From Octopus sinensis (Eukaryota), in NCBI RefSeq assembly GCF_006345805.1, contig NC_042998.1, positions 182,962,001 through 183,026,000 of the forward strand: 64,000 bases of DNA, read 5' to 3'. The notes beneath the pieces were generated by a model that was not told the origin of the DNA, made no database searches, and was given only the letters and a program-made list of their open reading frames with translations. The position numbers and the translations under genes are program-made. Each line of letters begins with the position of its first letter. The stretch's first letter is position 1. Shown here one piece after another: positions 1 through 13,770 of this stretch.

Positions 1-28
1 TGTTTCTTCTTTACACATATATCCTAAA

Positions 29-79
29 GTGATGGTGATGGTGGTGGTGGTGGTGGCGGCAGTGGTGGTGGTGGTGGTG

Positions 80-111
<32 letters not shown>

Positions 112-178
112 GGTGGTGGTGATGGTGGTGGTGGTGGTGGTGGTGGTGGTGGTGGTGGTAGTGGTGGTGGTGGTGGTA
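29..178. repeat. (GGT/GTT)n microsatellite
   Basis: Explains the poly-Val ORF 29-328. Confidence 0.95.
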
Positions 179-329
179 CTGCTGGTATCAGTTACTGCTT
201 CTGCTACCGTTGTTGTTTTCACCTTTTTCTTACCCCTAAGTCAACACTCATTGAGTAGAATGATTCATCAAAGGCTTTCCAGTTATGACCACCCTGTTTA
301 TTTATATATCATCATTTGTCGTGACTGAT

Positions 330-810
330 GACAGTACCACCTGATTGGCACCCGTGCCAGTGGAACATTAAAAGCACCATTCGAGCATGATCGTTGCCGG
401 GGCTACTGACTCGCTCCCATGCCAGCAGCATGTAAAAAGCACCATTCAAGCATGATTGTTGTTAGCATCGCCTGACTGGCTCCTGTGCTGGTGGTACATA
501 AAAACACCATTTGAGCATGGTCGTTGCCAGTACCGCTTGACTGACTACGGTGCAGGTGGGATGTAAAAAGCACCATTTGAGTGTGGCCAATGCCAGTACC
601 GCTTGACTGGCCCTTGTGCCAGTGGCATGTAAAAGCACCCTCTACACCCTCACAGTGATTGGCATTAGGAAGGGCATCCAGCTGTAGAAACTTTGCCAGA
701 TCAGATTGGAGGCTGGTGCAGCCTTCTGGCTCATAGGCCCTCAGTCAAACCATCTAACCCATGCCAGCATGGAAAGCAGACATTAACCGACAATGATGAT
801 GATGATGATC
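330..810 (+). mobile_element. Repeat family A (RTE 3' UTR-derived)
   Basis: Tandem ~55-bp aaaagcacc units, ggcattaggaagggcatccagctgtagaa core, (GAT)n tail; also 1920-2186. Confidence 0.75.
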
Positions 811-1742
811 TAAGACTACACTGCCCAAGTATACCTCCATTTTGAAGATAGTTGGGTATCTGTTAAAAGATATTTGACTGCTATTTTTTGTGGGTGTAGC
901 AACAATGTAGAAGCTTCTTTATTGGTTGATCTTGAGGTTTTGGGGGGTAGAGAAACAGGACTGTGTGATATTCATTTATTTCTCAGTGATATTAGTGGTG
1001 TAAGTAACTTCTGTTATTGTTATTATTTAGCTCTGGCTCAGCTTTGATCTAGCATACTTATGATCAGAGGAATTCAATATAGAAGAGTCAAGTTTGATAG
1101 GTTAATACTTAAAAGGAGAGTTGATATTTTGGACACTAGCCCTTCATCAGAAGGAAAATATTGAAGAAAAGTAAAGGAGGGTTAGGGTCCAGGTGAAATG
1201 CAGTTCTTGGGATGAGTTAAAAATGAGAAACTGTGTGCACTCCTCTGAATGTATCTCTGTATTGATATACACATAAGGGATTGGGGTGAGTATGTGGAAT
1301 TTTTAGTGGTATGATTAAATGTGTAGAGGTGTGGAAGTGTAATGGTATGAAAGGTGAATGTGTTGGTGGTTAATGTGTCATATTGTGTGCAAAGAAAGCA
1401 TAGAAGTGAGGAGGTGGCAGTTAATATGAGTGATAGGCGAAAAGGAAGACAAGAAAAATGTGGTGGGTATGGTAGAATTTCACAACATATGTGTATATGT
1501 GTGTGTGTGGTGTGTGTGGATGGGTGGGTGTTTTATTGAAGCTGAAGCTTGAGTATCATGACAAACTCCCAGTTTCATTTTCAGTAAAAGAAGTATATTT
1601 CATTTTTGTACATTTTGTATGAAAACGATGTATAATTTTCTTATGGAAACTGAAATTGAGTGTGTGTCATTTAGCACAACGCCATATCCTGTACATGTAT
1701 TGACCAATCCTCTCTCATTTGTCCAACATAAATCAACATACG

Positions 1743-1810
<68 letters not shown>

Positions 1811-4800
1811 CAAGTGACTGAAACCTTTGGAGATATGCTCTGCTTGAGAAGACCCGGCAAGCTAACCGAGACCATAACTGTGGCCTATACCAGTGTTGTA
1901 TAACCAACCCATTTAATAGTACCTTTCAATCATTGGACAATAAACTATGCTTGTGAAGACCTGTTAAGGCAAGTGAAATCGCTGTTGTGGTCGATGATAG
2001 TACCGCCTTATTGGCACCAGTGCCAGTGGAACGTTAAAAGCACCATTTGAGCATGATCATATCAGGGCCACTGACTGGCTCCCATACCAGTGACACATAA
2101 AAAACCACCATTCGAGCATGATTGTTGCCAGTGCCACCGGACTGGCCTCTGTGGAAAGTGGACATTAAACGATGATGATGATGATATATATTTCATGATT
2201 GTAGCAACAGTTTAGAAGCTTCTTTATTGGTTGATCCTGAGGCTATATGTGACTATACCCTGAAAGAGTAATTATAAGCGTTCAAAACATTTGTTGAGTA
2301 TTATCTATGATAATATCGGACTTTGAGTGGTTATCGGTAGTTTGTTGTAATAATATGTAATATCTGGTAGAAATATATAAAAACTGAATGACTTATTGGT
2401 GAAAGATGCTGATGTTTGCCGAGGGGATTGGAATATAATAGGTGACATAAAAGCTTATTGTTGTTGTTCAGGGCCAAGTCAGCACTGATTAAGAGAAACA
2501 ATGGTCAAAGGCTGCCACAAGGTCCAGTCCTTGTTAGTGTGGTGGCTTGCATTTAACAGTGAGCCTCAGAACTATTCCAGTGGAGTGCAAGCTTCTGATA
2601 GGGCCTCCCGTGCTAAACAAGTCAAAGAATAGAAACCAGATTAATACTAATTTCAAACTTTGGCACAAGGCTAGCAACTTCAGGGAAGTGGGGTAAGTCG
2701 ATTGCATCAACCCCCAGTACTCAACTGGTACTTATTTTATCAATCCTGAAAGGATGAAAGGCTAAGTCAACCTCAGTGGAATTTGAATTCAAATGTAAAG
2801 ATGGATGAAATGCCACTAAGAATTTCACCTGGTGTGCTAATGATTCTGCCAACTTGCTGCCATCGATTCCAGATTAATATTGACCACCTCTTCCCAAAAG
2901 TAAAAATGAGTTTGTGTAGGGCTAACACCCCTACATAGAAAAAAGCAGAATTTTAGAAGCATTGAGACAATTCTAACCAGCAAGATCTTGGAGAGAAAGG
3001 CCTTCTCTTAGGTTTAGCCCAGAGCCGAGATCAGTGGAGAAAAGATGTCAACAGCCTATGCCTCATAAGTAGTAAAGGGCTTAAGTAATGATCAAAGACA
3101 TTCCAGCCATGAACATGCCATTTATTTTTTTACTACCTGCTGTGTTCTTCCATGTTTTTAAGATAGTAAAGTGTGATTTGATGGATATTTATCTGTTTTA
3201 GATAAGACAGCTATGTAGAAGTTGCCTTGTAGGCTTGTAATAGTGTAGTCTAGCATTGGTTACAGAAGGCAACACAGAGAATTAAACCAATGAACCATAT
3301 CATCAATTACTGAGATGCTTAATTGTTCTAAACCAGTCTGATACCATAACAAGAAAACCACTCAATTAGAAGATATGAAATAGTATTAAGAATTCATTGA
3401 TACTGACACTATATTTTCTCTTCCAATTTTCTTCATAAGTTTAGATGTGTGTGACCGGGAAATAAAATATCTCCACCTACACAAAACAAGTAAGCAACTT
3501 CAAAACAAAAGTATTATACCATCAAAAGTCTGAAAGGACTTCATACTAACATAGAAAGCAGTTACAAATGTGAACATAGGGACAAAATCTTGAAAACCTC
3601 TTTTGTTGATACCTTGAAATAGCTCAAATTGCTCAAATGTAAATAATGATATAGTGGTGCATCACAGATGTGTTATATTCTTTGATCAGGATATTGATCC
3701 AATCATTTATAGATCTATCTACACTGTTCCAATTACCATATTCTCCAATTATTTTTGTGTATATGTCCAACTCAAGCAAGCATGTAAAAACAGTTGTAAA
3801 ATTAATGATAATGATAATGGTGACAACAGCAACAACTACTGTGTGAGTATGTGTGTGTGTTTGTGTGATTAAATCCATAACATATGTTACACTGGTACTG
3901 AACAGATACCAGTAATACTGAGTAGACATGAAATAAATAGATTTCTTTTTATTAAATGAACAACCATTTGAGCTCAAAAATGGGAGCCAGCAGCTCAGTC
4001 ACTGATTTAATACACAATAATTGAGGAAGAAAGTAACTGTAGGTTGTTTGTGCACACTTAACTTTAAAAAAGTCACTGAGATGATCCGATCACACCTTTG
4101 AGAAGTTTTCCTTTATTTTGATAGCCAAATACAGAAAGACCCAGCCCAGTGTGAGGGTCTTCACATAATGTATGAAGTGAGATTGTGCAGGCAAGATAGC
4201 ATTGGTTTCCCATACAAAGACATATTTTATATTGCAGTGAAAGGATAACTTAAACTCTTGATGGACTATAGCATATCTCATCACCATCGTCGTCATCATC
4301 ATCGTCATCATCATCATTTAATATCCATGTTCTATGTTGGCATAAGTTGGATGGTTTGACAGGATCTGACTGCATTGTGCTCTACTGTCTTCTTTGGCAT
4401 GGTTTCTATAGCTGGATGATCTTCCTAATGCCAACCATGTTCTAAGTGATTTCTTTTCATACCACCAGCACTTGTAGTGAGGTTGCCAAAGAACTTGTAG
4501 CGAGGTTACCTCAATATCCAGTCCTAGTTTCAGTGTGATGGCTTGCATGTATCAGTGACTCTAACAGCTATTCCAATGGAGCACAAGCTTCTGGTAGGGC
4601 CTCCCATGCTAGACAAGTCAAAGAATAGAACCAAATTGATATTGATTTCAAACTTTGGTACAAGGCCAGCAACTTCAGGGCAGTGTGATACATCAATTGC
4701 ATCAAAGTACTTAACTGGTACTTATTCTATCAACCCGAAAAAGATGAAACGCAGTGTCTAGCTCAGCTGAATTTGAACTCAGAACATGAAGATGGGCAAA

Positions 4801-5580
4801 ATATCACTAAACATTTCACCATGAAATGCTTAATGACAAGACCAAGAACCCTGACAGAGCTAGTTTTATGCTAAGAGATGACAGATTAAAGTATGAGGCA
4901 GGGTGGAGAGGCAGAACAAAATAGATCTCTTGCTGTAAAGGTACTACAAGGCTGCACACATTTTAGAAAAGGTAATCAAGTAGGAAATGGGAAGAGATAA
5001 AAATAGTGGTGATGAGGTGTCTGTGGATCCTAAAGGTACAGGGTGAGCTGAGATGAATGAGGGCAGAAGAACCAGGAATGTGGGCAAGCAGAGGCTGCAA
5101 GAGTGTATGGAAGAGTGAGAGATGAAGAATAGGTAAAGGGGGGACCAATATAATGCCAGTGTTGAGAGATGATAAGCAGGAGTGTAGGGAAAAATAGAGT
5201 TTGGGTGCAGCTGGGGACTGAATGTTGAGAATGGTGGATAAAGGGTGAATAAATGGTGGATAAATAATGTAATGAAAATGATACAGTAGACAAGAGAAGA
5301 TTGAGAGAGAGAGAGAGATGATAATGAGCTTGATGTCTTTGAAATGCAGAACTTCAAATGCCTTTCCATTGGCACCATACAAATACCAAAATGCAATTTA
5401 GTTGATGTTAAACTTCTTTTTTCTCTTATAAAAAAAAAAATTTGGTTTGCACTTTGACACTCAAACACACATACATGTACTCATATGCGCACACACATGT
5501 ACACGTGTGTACATACATGCATTTTTGTTTTTACTTTTACTGGTTCCAGCTAGTGGGCTAGGTTCATACTGGAGCACCAT

Positions 5581-5650
5581 GATATTGTAATCTGGATTGC
5601 AATGATATTGTAATCTGGATTAATATTAAATGATATTGTAATCTGGATTG
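5581..5650. repeat. Short minisatellite, gatattgtaatctggatt x3
   Basis: Direct reading of the sequence. Confidence 0.85.
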
Positions 5651-5731
5651 TGCTTGGCATTTAGTGAAAGAGAAAGTTGATGGCACAATGAACATGCATA
5701 ACTAATATCAATTTCACGAACCTTTTAAGTA

Positions 5732-6036
5732 TCATCATCATCATCGTTTAACGTCCGCTTTCCATGCTAGCATGGGTTGGACGTATGACTGAGGGCTGGC
5801 GAACCAGACGGCTGCACCAGGCTTCAATCTTGATCTGGTAGAGTTTCTACAGCTGGATGCCCTTCCTAACGCCAACCACTCCGAGAGTGTAGTGGGTGCT
5901 TTTACATGCCACCGGCATGGGGCCAGACAGGTGGCACTGGCAATGACCTCACTCGAATCTTTTACACATGCCACCGGCATGGGTGCCAGTAAGGCGATGC
6001 TGGTAATGATCACGCTAGAACGGTGCCTTTTACGTG
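5732..6036 (-). mobile_element. Repeat family A
   Basis: catcatcgtttaacgtccgctttccatgctagcatggg start. Confidence 0.8.
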
Positions 6037-6494
6037 AAGAAATAATAGAATTTTTGAAAAAAACAATTGTGTGTGTGTGTGTGTGTTTGAACCATCAAAG
6101 TACATAGTGTATGTATAGATAAATAAGTAGGTAATTAATACAAAGACCACAAAGGAAACATTGTTATATTTCGGAGTAGTTTTTTTTTTTTCTTACCAAA
6201 TAAACACACATACTATATATTAATTCTTCACTTGTTTATTATTGTTCTTATTTTATCTTATGTCCATTGTCTGGAAATCTTTCATCACACACCTGTGATT
6301 TCCAGACAATGGACATAAGATAAAATAAGAACAATAATAAACAAGTGAAGAATTAATATATAGTATGTGTGTTTATTTGGTAAGAAAAAAAAGTGACTAT
6401 CCTGAAATATAACAATATTTGTTTCAACACACAATTTCACATCAGGAATCTTGCAAAACAAATTCATAAATGTAAGCATATGAGAAATAGATTT

Positions 6495-6950
6495 TCTGAA
6501 ATGCTTGGAAGGCTCTCTAGAAGTTGTTGATAGCCTCTGTTACTTAGGTAATCTAATTAGCAGTTAAGGTTGGTGGTTTAAAAGTATAGTAGCCAGAGTA
6601 AGAACAGAATAGAAAAAGTTCAAGGATATTTAATGTTTGCATGTATAAACAACAGACAAAGAGCTCAGAGGAAAACTGCATAAAATAGGAATCAGATGTA
6701 ATGTACAAGAGAGAAGACCATGGTTGTATAGGCTTATGATGTACATGGAAGGTGACAACTATATAAGGTGCAGGGCATTAAAAGTTGTTGGAGCTTGTGG
6801 AAGAGGGAAACCTAAGAAACTATGGGATGAAGTAGTGAAAACTGATTTCTGGATGCTGTGCCTCACAGAGGAGAGGATAAAGTACTGATATAATGGGCAG
6901 TTATCTATCCATGTAAGTATGGTGAAACAAGCATTGAAAACATTTAACAA
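6495..6950 (+). mobile_element. Degenerate RTE LINE fragment
   Basis: Translates to LEVVDSLCYLG..IVARVR and VVGACGRGKPKKLWDEVVK, with stops. Confidence 0.65.
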
Positions 6951-6964
6951 TGTTTAAAAATGTG

Positions 6965-7200
6965 ATATGTTTCTTTATTACCCACAAGGGGCTAAACATA
7001 GAGGGGACAAACAAGGACAGACAAACGAATTAAGTTGATTACACCAACCCCAGTGCGTAACTGGTACTTAATTTATCGACTCCAAAAGGATGAAAGGCAA
7101 AGTCAACCTCGGCGGAATTTGAACTCAGAACGTAACGACAGACAAAATACGGCTACGCATTTCGCCCAGCGTGCTAACGTTTCTGCCAGCTCACCACCTT
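6965..7200 (-). mobile_element. tRNA-head SINE family C
   Basis: Reverse complement of ggcggtgagctggcagaaacgttagcacg..gactttgcctttcatcc; degenerate copies at 2655-2870, 13880-14075, 19560-19720 and 43370-43520. Confidence 0.75.
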
Positions 7201-7319
7201 TAAATGTGATAATGATAGAGACCGGGATGCATCAACTTTTAAGTCGCTCACCCAATATTTCCTGTTATTGCCCAATCTGCTACTTCCCCTTCTTTCATAA
7301 CCTCCCATCTCCCTGTCAC

Positions 7320-7378
<59 letters not shown>

Positions 7379-8065
7379 TCACAACATTCTCTTCTATCCA
7401 TTGCACTATGCTGCTGGTATAACTAAGGATACCAGTAGACCTCTCCTATTTACTCAACCATACTGCCTGTGTAACTAGAGAGAGCATTGGTTCTGTCCAA
7501 CTCAGTTTGAGAAATGCTATCAAATTTATCTACATTCAATTTCCCTACCTTATCATCTTATCATCCTGCCTCTCTTGGTTACCATGAGGCTTATGTTTAT
7601 TGGATTTGTTTGTACACAATTCACACACAAATATTGTAAAAAGGAAAAGTACTCTCAATACATATGATGCTAACTCTATAACTCAGATTTGCCATTACTA
7701 AAAGTTTCACAGATGCAAAGAACATCTGTTCATTTAAACATTTTAATACTAGGTGAGACAGTCACATTTTAGTACTGTGAGTCACAGTTTCTAAATAAGG
7801 CTAATTATCAGATCCTCATTTACCATTCAGTAAACCACCTAATTTTAAATTAATAAATTAATAGTGCCTTATACAGCAATTTTTTTATTGTTACTTATCC
7901 ATAGGTCGGCCTTGATCCAGAAGACTTATGTTTAATGACTTTCCAGTCAAGACCATAATTAATTCATGTTAGTATGTTTGTTATTTAGACATCTATTTTT
8001 CTCCTATCTGCATTTGTATACACAAGGTAACTTTTAGCCACTATTTTATCTATGGACAGAAAATA

Positions 8066-8416
8066 GGCACAGGAGTGGTTGTGTGGTAAGTAGCTAGCTA
8101 ACCAACCACATGGTTCCGGTGCCTTGTGAGTGGATTTGGTAGACGGAAACTGAAAGAAGCCTGTCGTATATATGCATATATATATATATGTATGTGTGTG
8201 TGTGTGTTTGTGTCTGTGTTTGTCCCCCCAGCATTGCTTGACAACCGATGCGGGTGTGTTTACGTCCCCATCACTTAGCAGTTTGGCAAAAGAGACCGAT
8301 AGAATAAGTACTGGGCTTACAAAGAATAAGTCCCGGGGTCGATTTGCTCGACTAAAGGCGGTGCTCCAGCATGGCTGCAGTCAAATGACTGAAACAAGTA
8401 AAAGAGTAAAAGAGTA
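8066..8416 (+). mobile_element. SINE family B (internally deleted head)
   Basis: Homologous to 10341-10710. Confidence 0.8.
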
Positions 8417-9225
8417 AGTGATCTGTGCTAAAAGTTTAATAACACCTAAAAGTAGTCAGATCATCCCTTTTACTGATCATAAAGAGACAAACCTGTGGTT
8501 TAACTTTTTTCCCTTTTTTTTTTTTTCATGGAAAAGTTCTCTCAAATGTTTATTTGTAATACAGGTTTTAGCTCACTATGCCATCTTGGATGATCGATAT
8601 CTACCACTGTTCATAAAAGAAGCCTAATATTTTTCAATGGTATTCTGATCTGCTTGTAATGTTTTGTTTCTTTGTTCTTTTGTTTGATACAACTTGTGTC
8701 AAAGCAAGTACTCATTTGGCGACTATTTAGCTGAGAATATTATGTGCTTGAGTCTGTTGCATTGTAGTTTATGATTTACAAGATTGCTATACATATTAAA
8801 ACATCTAAAGATTATTTTAAAACATAATTAAACAAAAGATATGATGGATCAATGTAGATATTGATTTGAGTGATGTGTTCTGGGATTCATTAACGGTGGC
8901 TATTTAATTAGAGTGGTGTTAGGTGAACAGTACAACTTAGATCTGTCAGGAACAACTACAGAAGTCATAATAATAATTTCTTTATAGGAGGTTGAAAATG
9001 AAGTTTTGTGACATTTATCTTCTCCCTCAATGACATTAGCAGCAAAAGTGAAGTGATTTAGATGTATTTGGCAATCAAGACTACATCATGGAGTAGATAT
9101 ACCAGGAACTTTACTTCAACTTAGTAGTAAAGGTGAAATAATGTATAAACATAATATAACACAATGTTGCTGTTGTTATTTATTTAACCCCAGGTTATCC
9201 TTCATCCAGAAAATCTATAATTAAA

Positions 9226-9605
9226 GTTTCGTTTTGGGATTTGGTTTGCAAGATTCTTTATATGAGTTCGTGTGTTGAAGCATATTCTGTTGTGTCTGGG
9301 GAGAGTCATTCTCTTTTAGTACCTTATTATTTAACACACTCACCAGTAAAATTTCCACTTATTTCGTCTTTTTATTTTCAAAAAATTTTCGTTGTGTCTT
9401 GCAACCTTTTCAATAGTCTTGACTCTGTCCATTATTGTAAATAACGCAGTGTAAATAACGGACAGAGTCAAGACTATTGAAAAGGTTGCATGACGCAACA
9501 AAAATTTTAGGAAAATAAAAAGACAAAATAAGTGGAAATTTTACTGGCGAGTGTATTAAATAATAAGGTACTAAAAGAGAACAACTCTCCCCAGACACAA
9601 CAGAC
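9226..9605. repeat. Palindromic element family P1
   Basis: Arms ~9283-9430 and 9460-9605; related copies at 11590-11852 and 36824-37165. Confidence 0.85.
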
Positions 9606-10340
9606 TATAATTAAAGACTTCCCAGCTATACAGCCCCATTTTTTCTTCAGTCATAGTGTATCCAAGACTACATCATCTAATATGTTCTTTCATTTTTTTT
9701 TGCTTACTGAATATGATTTGAAGACTTGGTTGCTTTTGATAACAACTGAGCCGCCATGTAGAGGCTCTCTAGTAATTTTTGGTTACAGATTTTGTGGTGT
9801 TTATGCCAGTCCATGGGTGCAGCCTTTGCTGGGTGGTTAAAAAGGCTTTCACAACCTTGAGGTCTTGAGTTCAATCCTATTGTGTAGCATCTTGGACAAG
9901 TGTCTTTGTCACACAAAATATGATAACTGAGCATGGCTGTTTGGACTCTGGTGATTTGGCATAGCCGAGTGATGCAACGCACGCACACACACATACAATG
10001 TGCTCACAGATATGTATACATACATAGAGAGAGAAGGGGGAGAGAGAGAGCGACATTACAATTTATTCATTGAACAATATTGACATGAATACTTTCCCTC
10101 TTCTCATACAATAAAGAGAAATATGCTCACACACTCACACACACACAAAGACACACACACACACTCACACATACACACATACATACACCCACAAAATGAA
10201 AGAAGCATTAATTTTTTACCATTCAGATTATTCTGTCAGATGTACTTCTTGTTTATTCAAATTAATTTGAATTAATCATGAATTGTCTTGCAGCTTCAAG
10301 ATTTTGATGGTGTAACTGTTTAGTTTTAGAATGTCATTAT

Positions 10341-10710
10341 AGGCGCAGGAGTGGCTGTGTGGTAAGTAGCTTGCTTACCAACCACATGGTTCCGGGTTCA
10401 GTCCCACTGTGTGGCACCTTGGGCAAGTGTCTTCTGCTATAGCCTCGGGCCGACCAAAGCCTTGTGAGTGGATTTGGTAGACAGAAACTGAAAGAAGCCC
10501 ATTGTATATATGTATGTGTGTGTATATGTTTGTGTGTCTGCATTTGTCCCCCCAACATCGCTTGACAACCGATGCTGGTGTGTTTACGTCCCTGTAACTT
10601 AGCGGTTCGGCAAAAGAGACTGATAGAATAAGTACTAGGCTTACAAAGAATAAGTTGTGGGGTCGATTTGCTCAACTAAAGGCGGTGCTCCAGTATGGCC
10701 ACAGTCACTT
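10341..10710 (+). mobile_element. tRNA-head SINE family B (Nin-domain-like centre, internal (TA)/(TG) microsatellite)
   Basis: ggcgcaggagtggctgtgtggtaag..ggttccgggttcagtccc (A/B-box-like), then gccttgtgagtggatttggtagacggaaactgaaagaagcc; the Nin assignment is from memory. Confidence 0.8.
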
Positions 10711-11374
10711 GAAATGAATGAAAGCCATGACTGCATTTTTTTATTACTTGTTTTCTAGATTGTTTGTGATGTAAATCATCATCATCATCTACTTGACACC
10801 TGGTGTGTTCAGTACTTTATAGCATATGACTATGACTTCTTATTCACTGTCCTTTAATCAGAGACACCTACCTTTTCAAGGTTCAACACCAGTGGAATCA
10901 TTTTGAAACAACACCTTTTTACTCTTTTTTTGTCTTTCTTTCCTTTTTTCTATTATTAACCATCCAGTTTTCCACAATACCATTATTTGAATGGAGTGGC
11001 CAGTGTCGTGGGTTGGGGATGGTGTTCTTCTTTTACAGTTGCTTGTCTTTTCTTGCTAATTACTCAATAATAATGTCCAGCTTGATTTGAGTACAATGAG
11101 GCAATGTGTACTGTCCAGTACACACATCACACCCTGTATTAAAATTTGGACTCTAGGCTATAGAATCATTTGTTCAGCATGTTTAATACAAGCCTTAAAT
11201 CTTGATATTACAATTTGTATCTTGACCTGTACTTCACTATAATACTTTAGTCTAACTTTATTGTCCAAGTATTACTTCTCATATTTCAAATTAATTCCTA
11301 ATCATTAATTCTTCAGCTCAATAGCAATGACATATGTCTGTAAACTAATGCATCTTTTACTTTCTCTTCTGCAG

Positions 11375-11439
11375 GTTGGTTTGGTGTTTCTGCTCAGTAT
11401 TGCATCATTAATCATCTATTTCATAGATGCATCAGATGG
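11375..11439 (+). CDS. KCNMA1: Slo/BK K+ channel exon, S1 (VGLVFLLSIASLIIYFIDASDG)
   Basis: ttctcttctgcag acceptor and GG|gtaag donor; 65 nt, phase 0 to 2; matches Slo1 S1 (VLVFALSIGALVIYFIDSS). Confidence 0.93.
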
Positions 11440-11589
11440 GTAAGTTAAACTATACATGTTTATTATACTCTGTCTCTCTCTTCTCTCTCTCCCTCCTCTC
11501 TCATTCCTTTCTCTTCCCCTTACTCCCATCTCTCTCTCCCTTTTCTATTTCTAGCTTCTCTCTCCTCCTCTTTCAACCATTTCAATAAT

Positions 11590-11852
11590 CTGTTGTGTCT
11601 GGGGAGAGTCATTTTCTTTTCGTGCCTTATAATGTAACACACTTACCGGTAAAATTTCCACTTATTTCTTATTTTTATTTTCCTAAAATTTTCGTTGCAT
11701 CTTCCAACATTTTCAATAGTCTTGAAATTTTACCAGTGAGTGTGTTACATTATAAGGCACAAAAAGAAAATGACTCTCCCCGGACACAACAGAATATGCT
11801 TCAACACACGAACTCATATAAAGAATCTTGCAAACCAAATCCAAAAACGAAG
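11590..11852. repeat. Palindromic element family P1 (asymmetric)
   Basis: ctgttgtgtctggggagagtc ... gactctccccggacacaacag. Confidence 0.85.
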
Positions 11853-12213
11853 CATTTCAATAATGTTTGTATAAATTAGTGTGGTTAGAAGATGTTTTAA
11901 AATTATTATCTATGCTAATCCAAAATGGGACAAAATTAAAACAAATAGCTAACCACTTTAGGGGATTTCCTGAACTGGATGGGGTTAACATAACTGAGAA
12001 TCAATTTCAATTGCTTTTGGCAATGATGAAAACTTATGGAAATTTTTTTTACAGTGTCATTTTATGGAGATTGTATTGATCTAAGCATTTAGAAGTAAGT
12101 TATAAGAAATGCTGCATAATAATCAAGAGGAGGGATAAGTAGATAGTATTAACCCATTTGTGACCATATTTCTAATAAAATACTCTGTCTAGTTATTGAT
12201 ATAAAGCACTATC

Positions 12214-12580
12214 TGAATCGTGGATGATGCCAGCGCCGCCTCGACTGGCGTCCGTGTCGGTGGCACGTAAAAAGCACCATCCGAATCGTGGCCGAAGCCA
12301 GTGCCGCCCCGTCTGGCTTCCGTGTAGGTGGCACGTAAAGTGCACCAATCCGACCGTGGCCGATGCCAGCCTCGCCTGGCACCAGTGCAGGTGGCACGTA
12401 AAAAGCACCCACTACACTCACGGAGTGGTTGGCGTTAGGAAGGGCATCCAGCTGTAGAAACATTGCCAGATAAGACTGGAGCCTGGTGCAGCTTTCTGGC
12501 TTCCCAGATCCCCGGTCGAACCGTCCAACCCATGCTAGCATGGAGAACGGACGTTAAACGATGATGATGATGATGATGAC
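12214..12580 (+). mobile_element. Repeat family A
   Basis: Same core and (GAT)n tail. Confidence 0.8.
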
Positions 12581-12629
12581 TGCCAGATGAATCAACAAAT
12601 GAACTTTTACATAGTAGCAGTCATGTTTA

Positions 12630-12990
12630 TAATACAATAACTCTGAGCACCTTTTCAAACTCCACCTGTCTAACACCCGTCGGCATTTTTACAAAGTCAG
12701 GAAACAGCACAGCTCCCATGACTTTCGGAAACATTTTTTCACGCTGAGAGTTGCTGAAGTATGGAACAAACTGCTGGCATCAGTTGTTAGTTGTCGGAGC
12801 ACTGCATCCTTCAAAACTTCCATGCTTCCTGAGATTCACCAACACTGCACTTGATTTTCTCCCCTCCATACACACACAAGCACGTATCTGACTCATGCAT
12901 TGTTCACTTTCCAGACATTTGTACATTACTGCATATACTTTATATGCACTTTTTGACAAGTTATGGTGCACCTGAGCATTGTATACAATA
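12630..12990 (+). mobile_element. CR1/L2-like LINE 3' end
   Basis: HLFKLHLSNTRRH..FRKHFFTLRVAEVWNKL; related copies at 23100-23335 (-) and 55770-56170 (+). Confidence 0.7.
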
Positions 12991-13202
12991 ATTTCATTAT
13001 ATTATATTATAAAACAGATAAATCAATCTAAATAATGCTTGTAAAAAAAAGGGAGACCTAGCTCTTATTTCACATCCTCAACAGAGGGTTTTGTGAAAGT
13101 GAGACAATAATCATGATGTATTCTCACATTAAGGAAGTGGTGAGTGGACTATAAAATAAACTGTATATCTTACTCTCCATAATACACATGCACACACACA
13201 CA

Positions 13203-13258
<56 letters not shown>

Positions 13259-13326
13259 CACACACGATTATAGTTGCAATCAAAAACTAAGAGAAAAAGG
13301 TTGGAAAAGAGAATAATTTTTTCAGA

Positions 13327-13770
13327 ATCATCGTTTAACGTCCATTCTCCATGCTAGCATGGGTTGGACGGTTTGACCGGGATCTGGGAAGCCAGAAGGC
13401 TGCACCAGGCTCCAGTCTGATCTGGCAGTGTTTCTACAGCTGGATGCCCTTCCTAACGCCAACCACTCCGTGAGTGTAGTGGGTGCTTTTTATGTGCGAC
13501 CGGCACAGGTGCCAGAGGAGGCTGGCAAACGGCCATGATCAGTTGGTGCTTTTTACGTGACACTGACACAGACGCCAGTCAGGCAGCACTGACAATGGCC
13601 ACGTTTAGACAGGCCACTTAACTACAATTTCCATTTGATTTTTATTTTGATGTCGGTGTTGACGTACTTGTTTCAATAAGTCTCCTCAAGAACAGCAGAT
13701 CACTCTACAATCCAAGGTTAGCACAGCATGCCAGCATGCAAAACAGACAGTGAATGATGATGATGAGGAT
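13327..13770 (-). mobile_element. Repeat family A
   Basis: Same core; another copy at 14497-14805. Confidence 0.8.

Noticed and set aside
29-328. Poly-Val ORF and the many YIYI/CVCV/poly-I/N ORFs in the track
   Set aside because: Translations of microsatellites
4944-5468. 174-aa minus-strand ORF
   Set aside because: Low-complexity purine-rich tract with no recognisable domain
10341-10420. tRNA genes
   Set aside because: The tRNA-like boxes are SINE heads continuing into SINE bodies
1-11374. S0 and S0-S1 linker exons of the Slo gene
   Set aside because: No WAGELIS/GQT-type coding segment with splice sites was found by eye; they are probably upstream of the window
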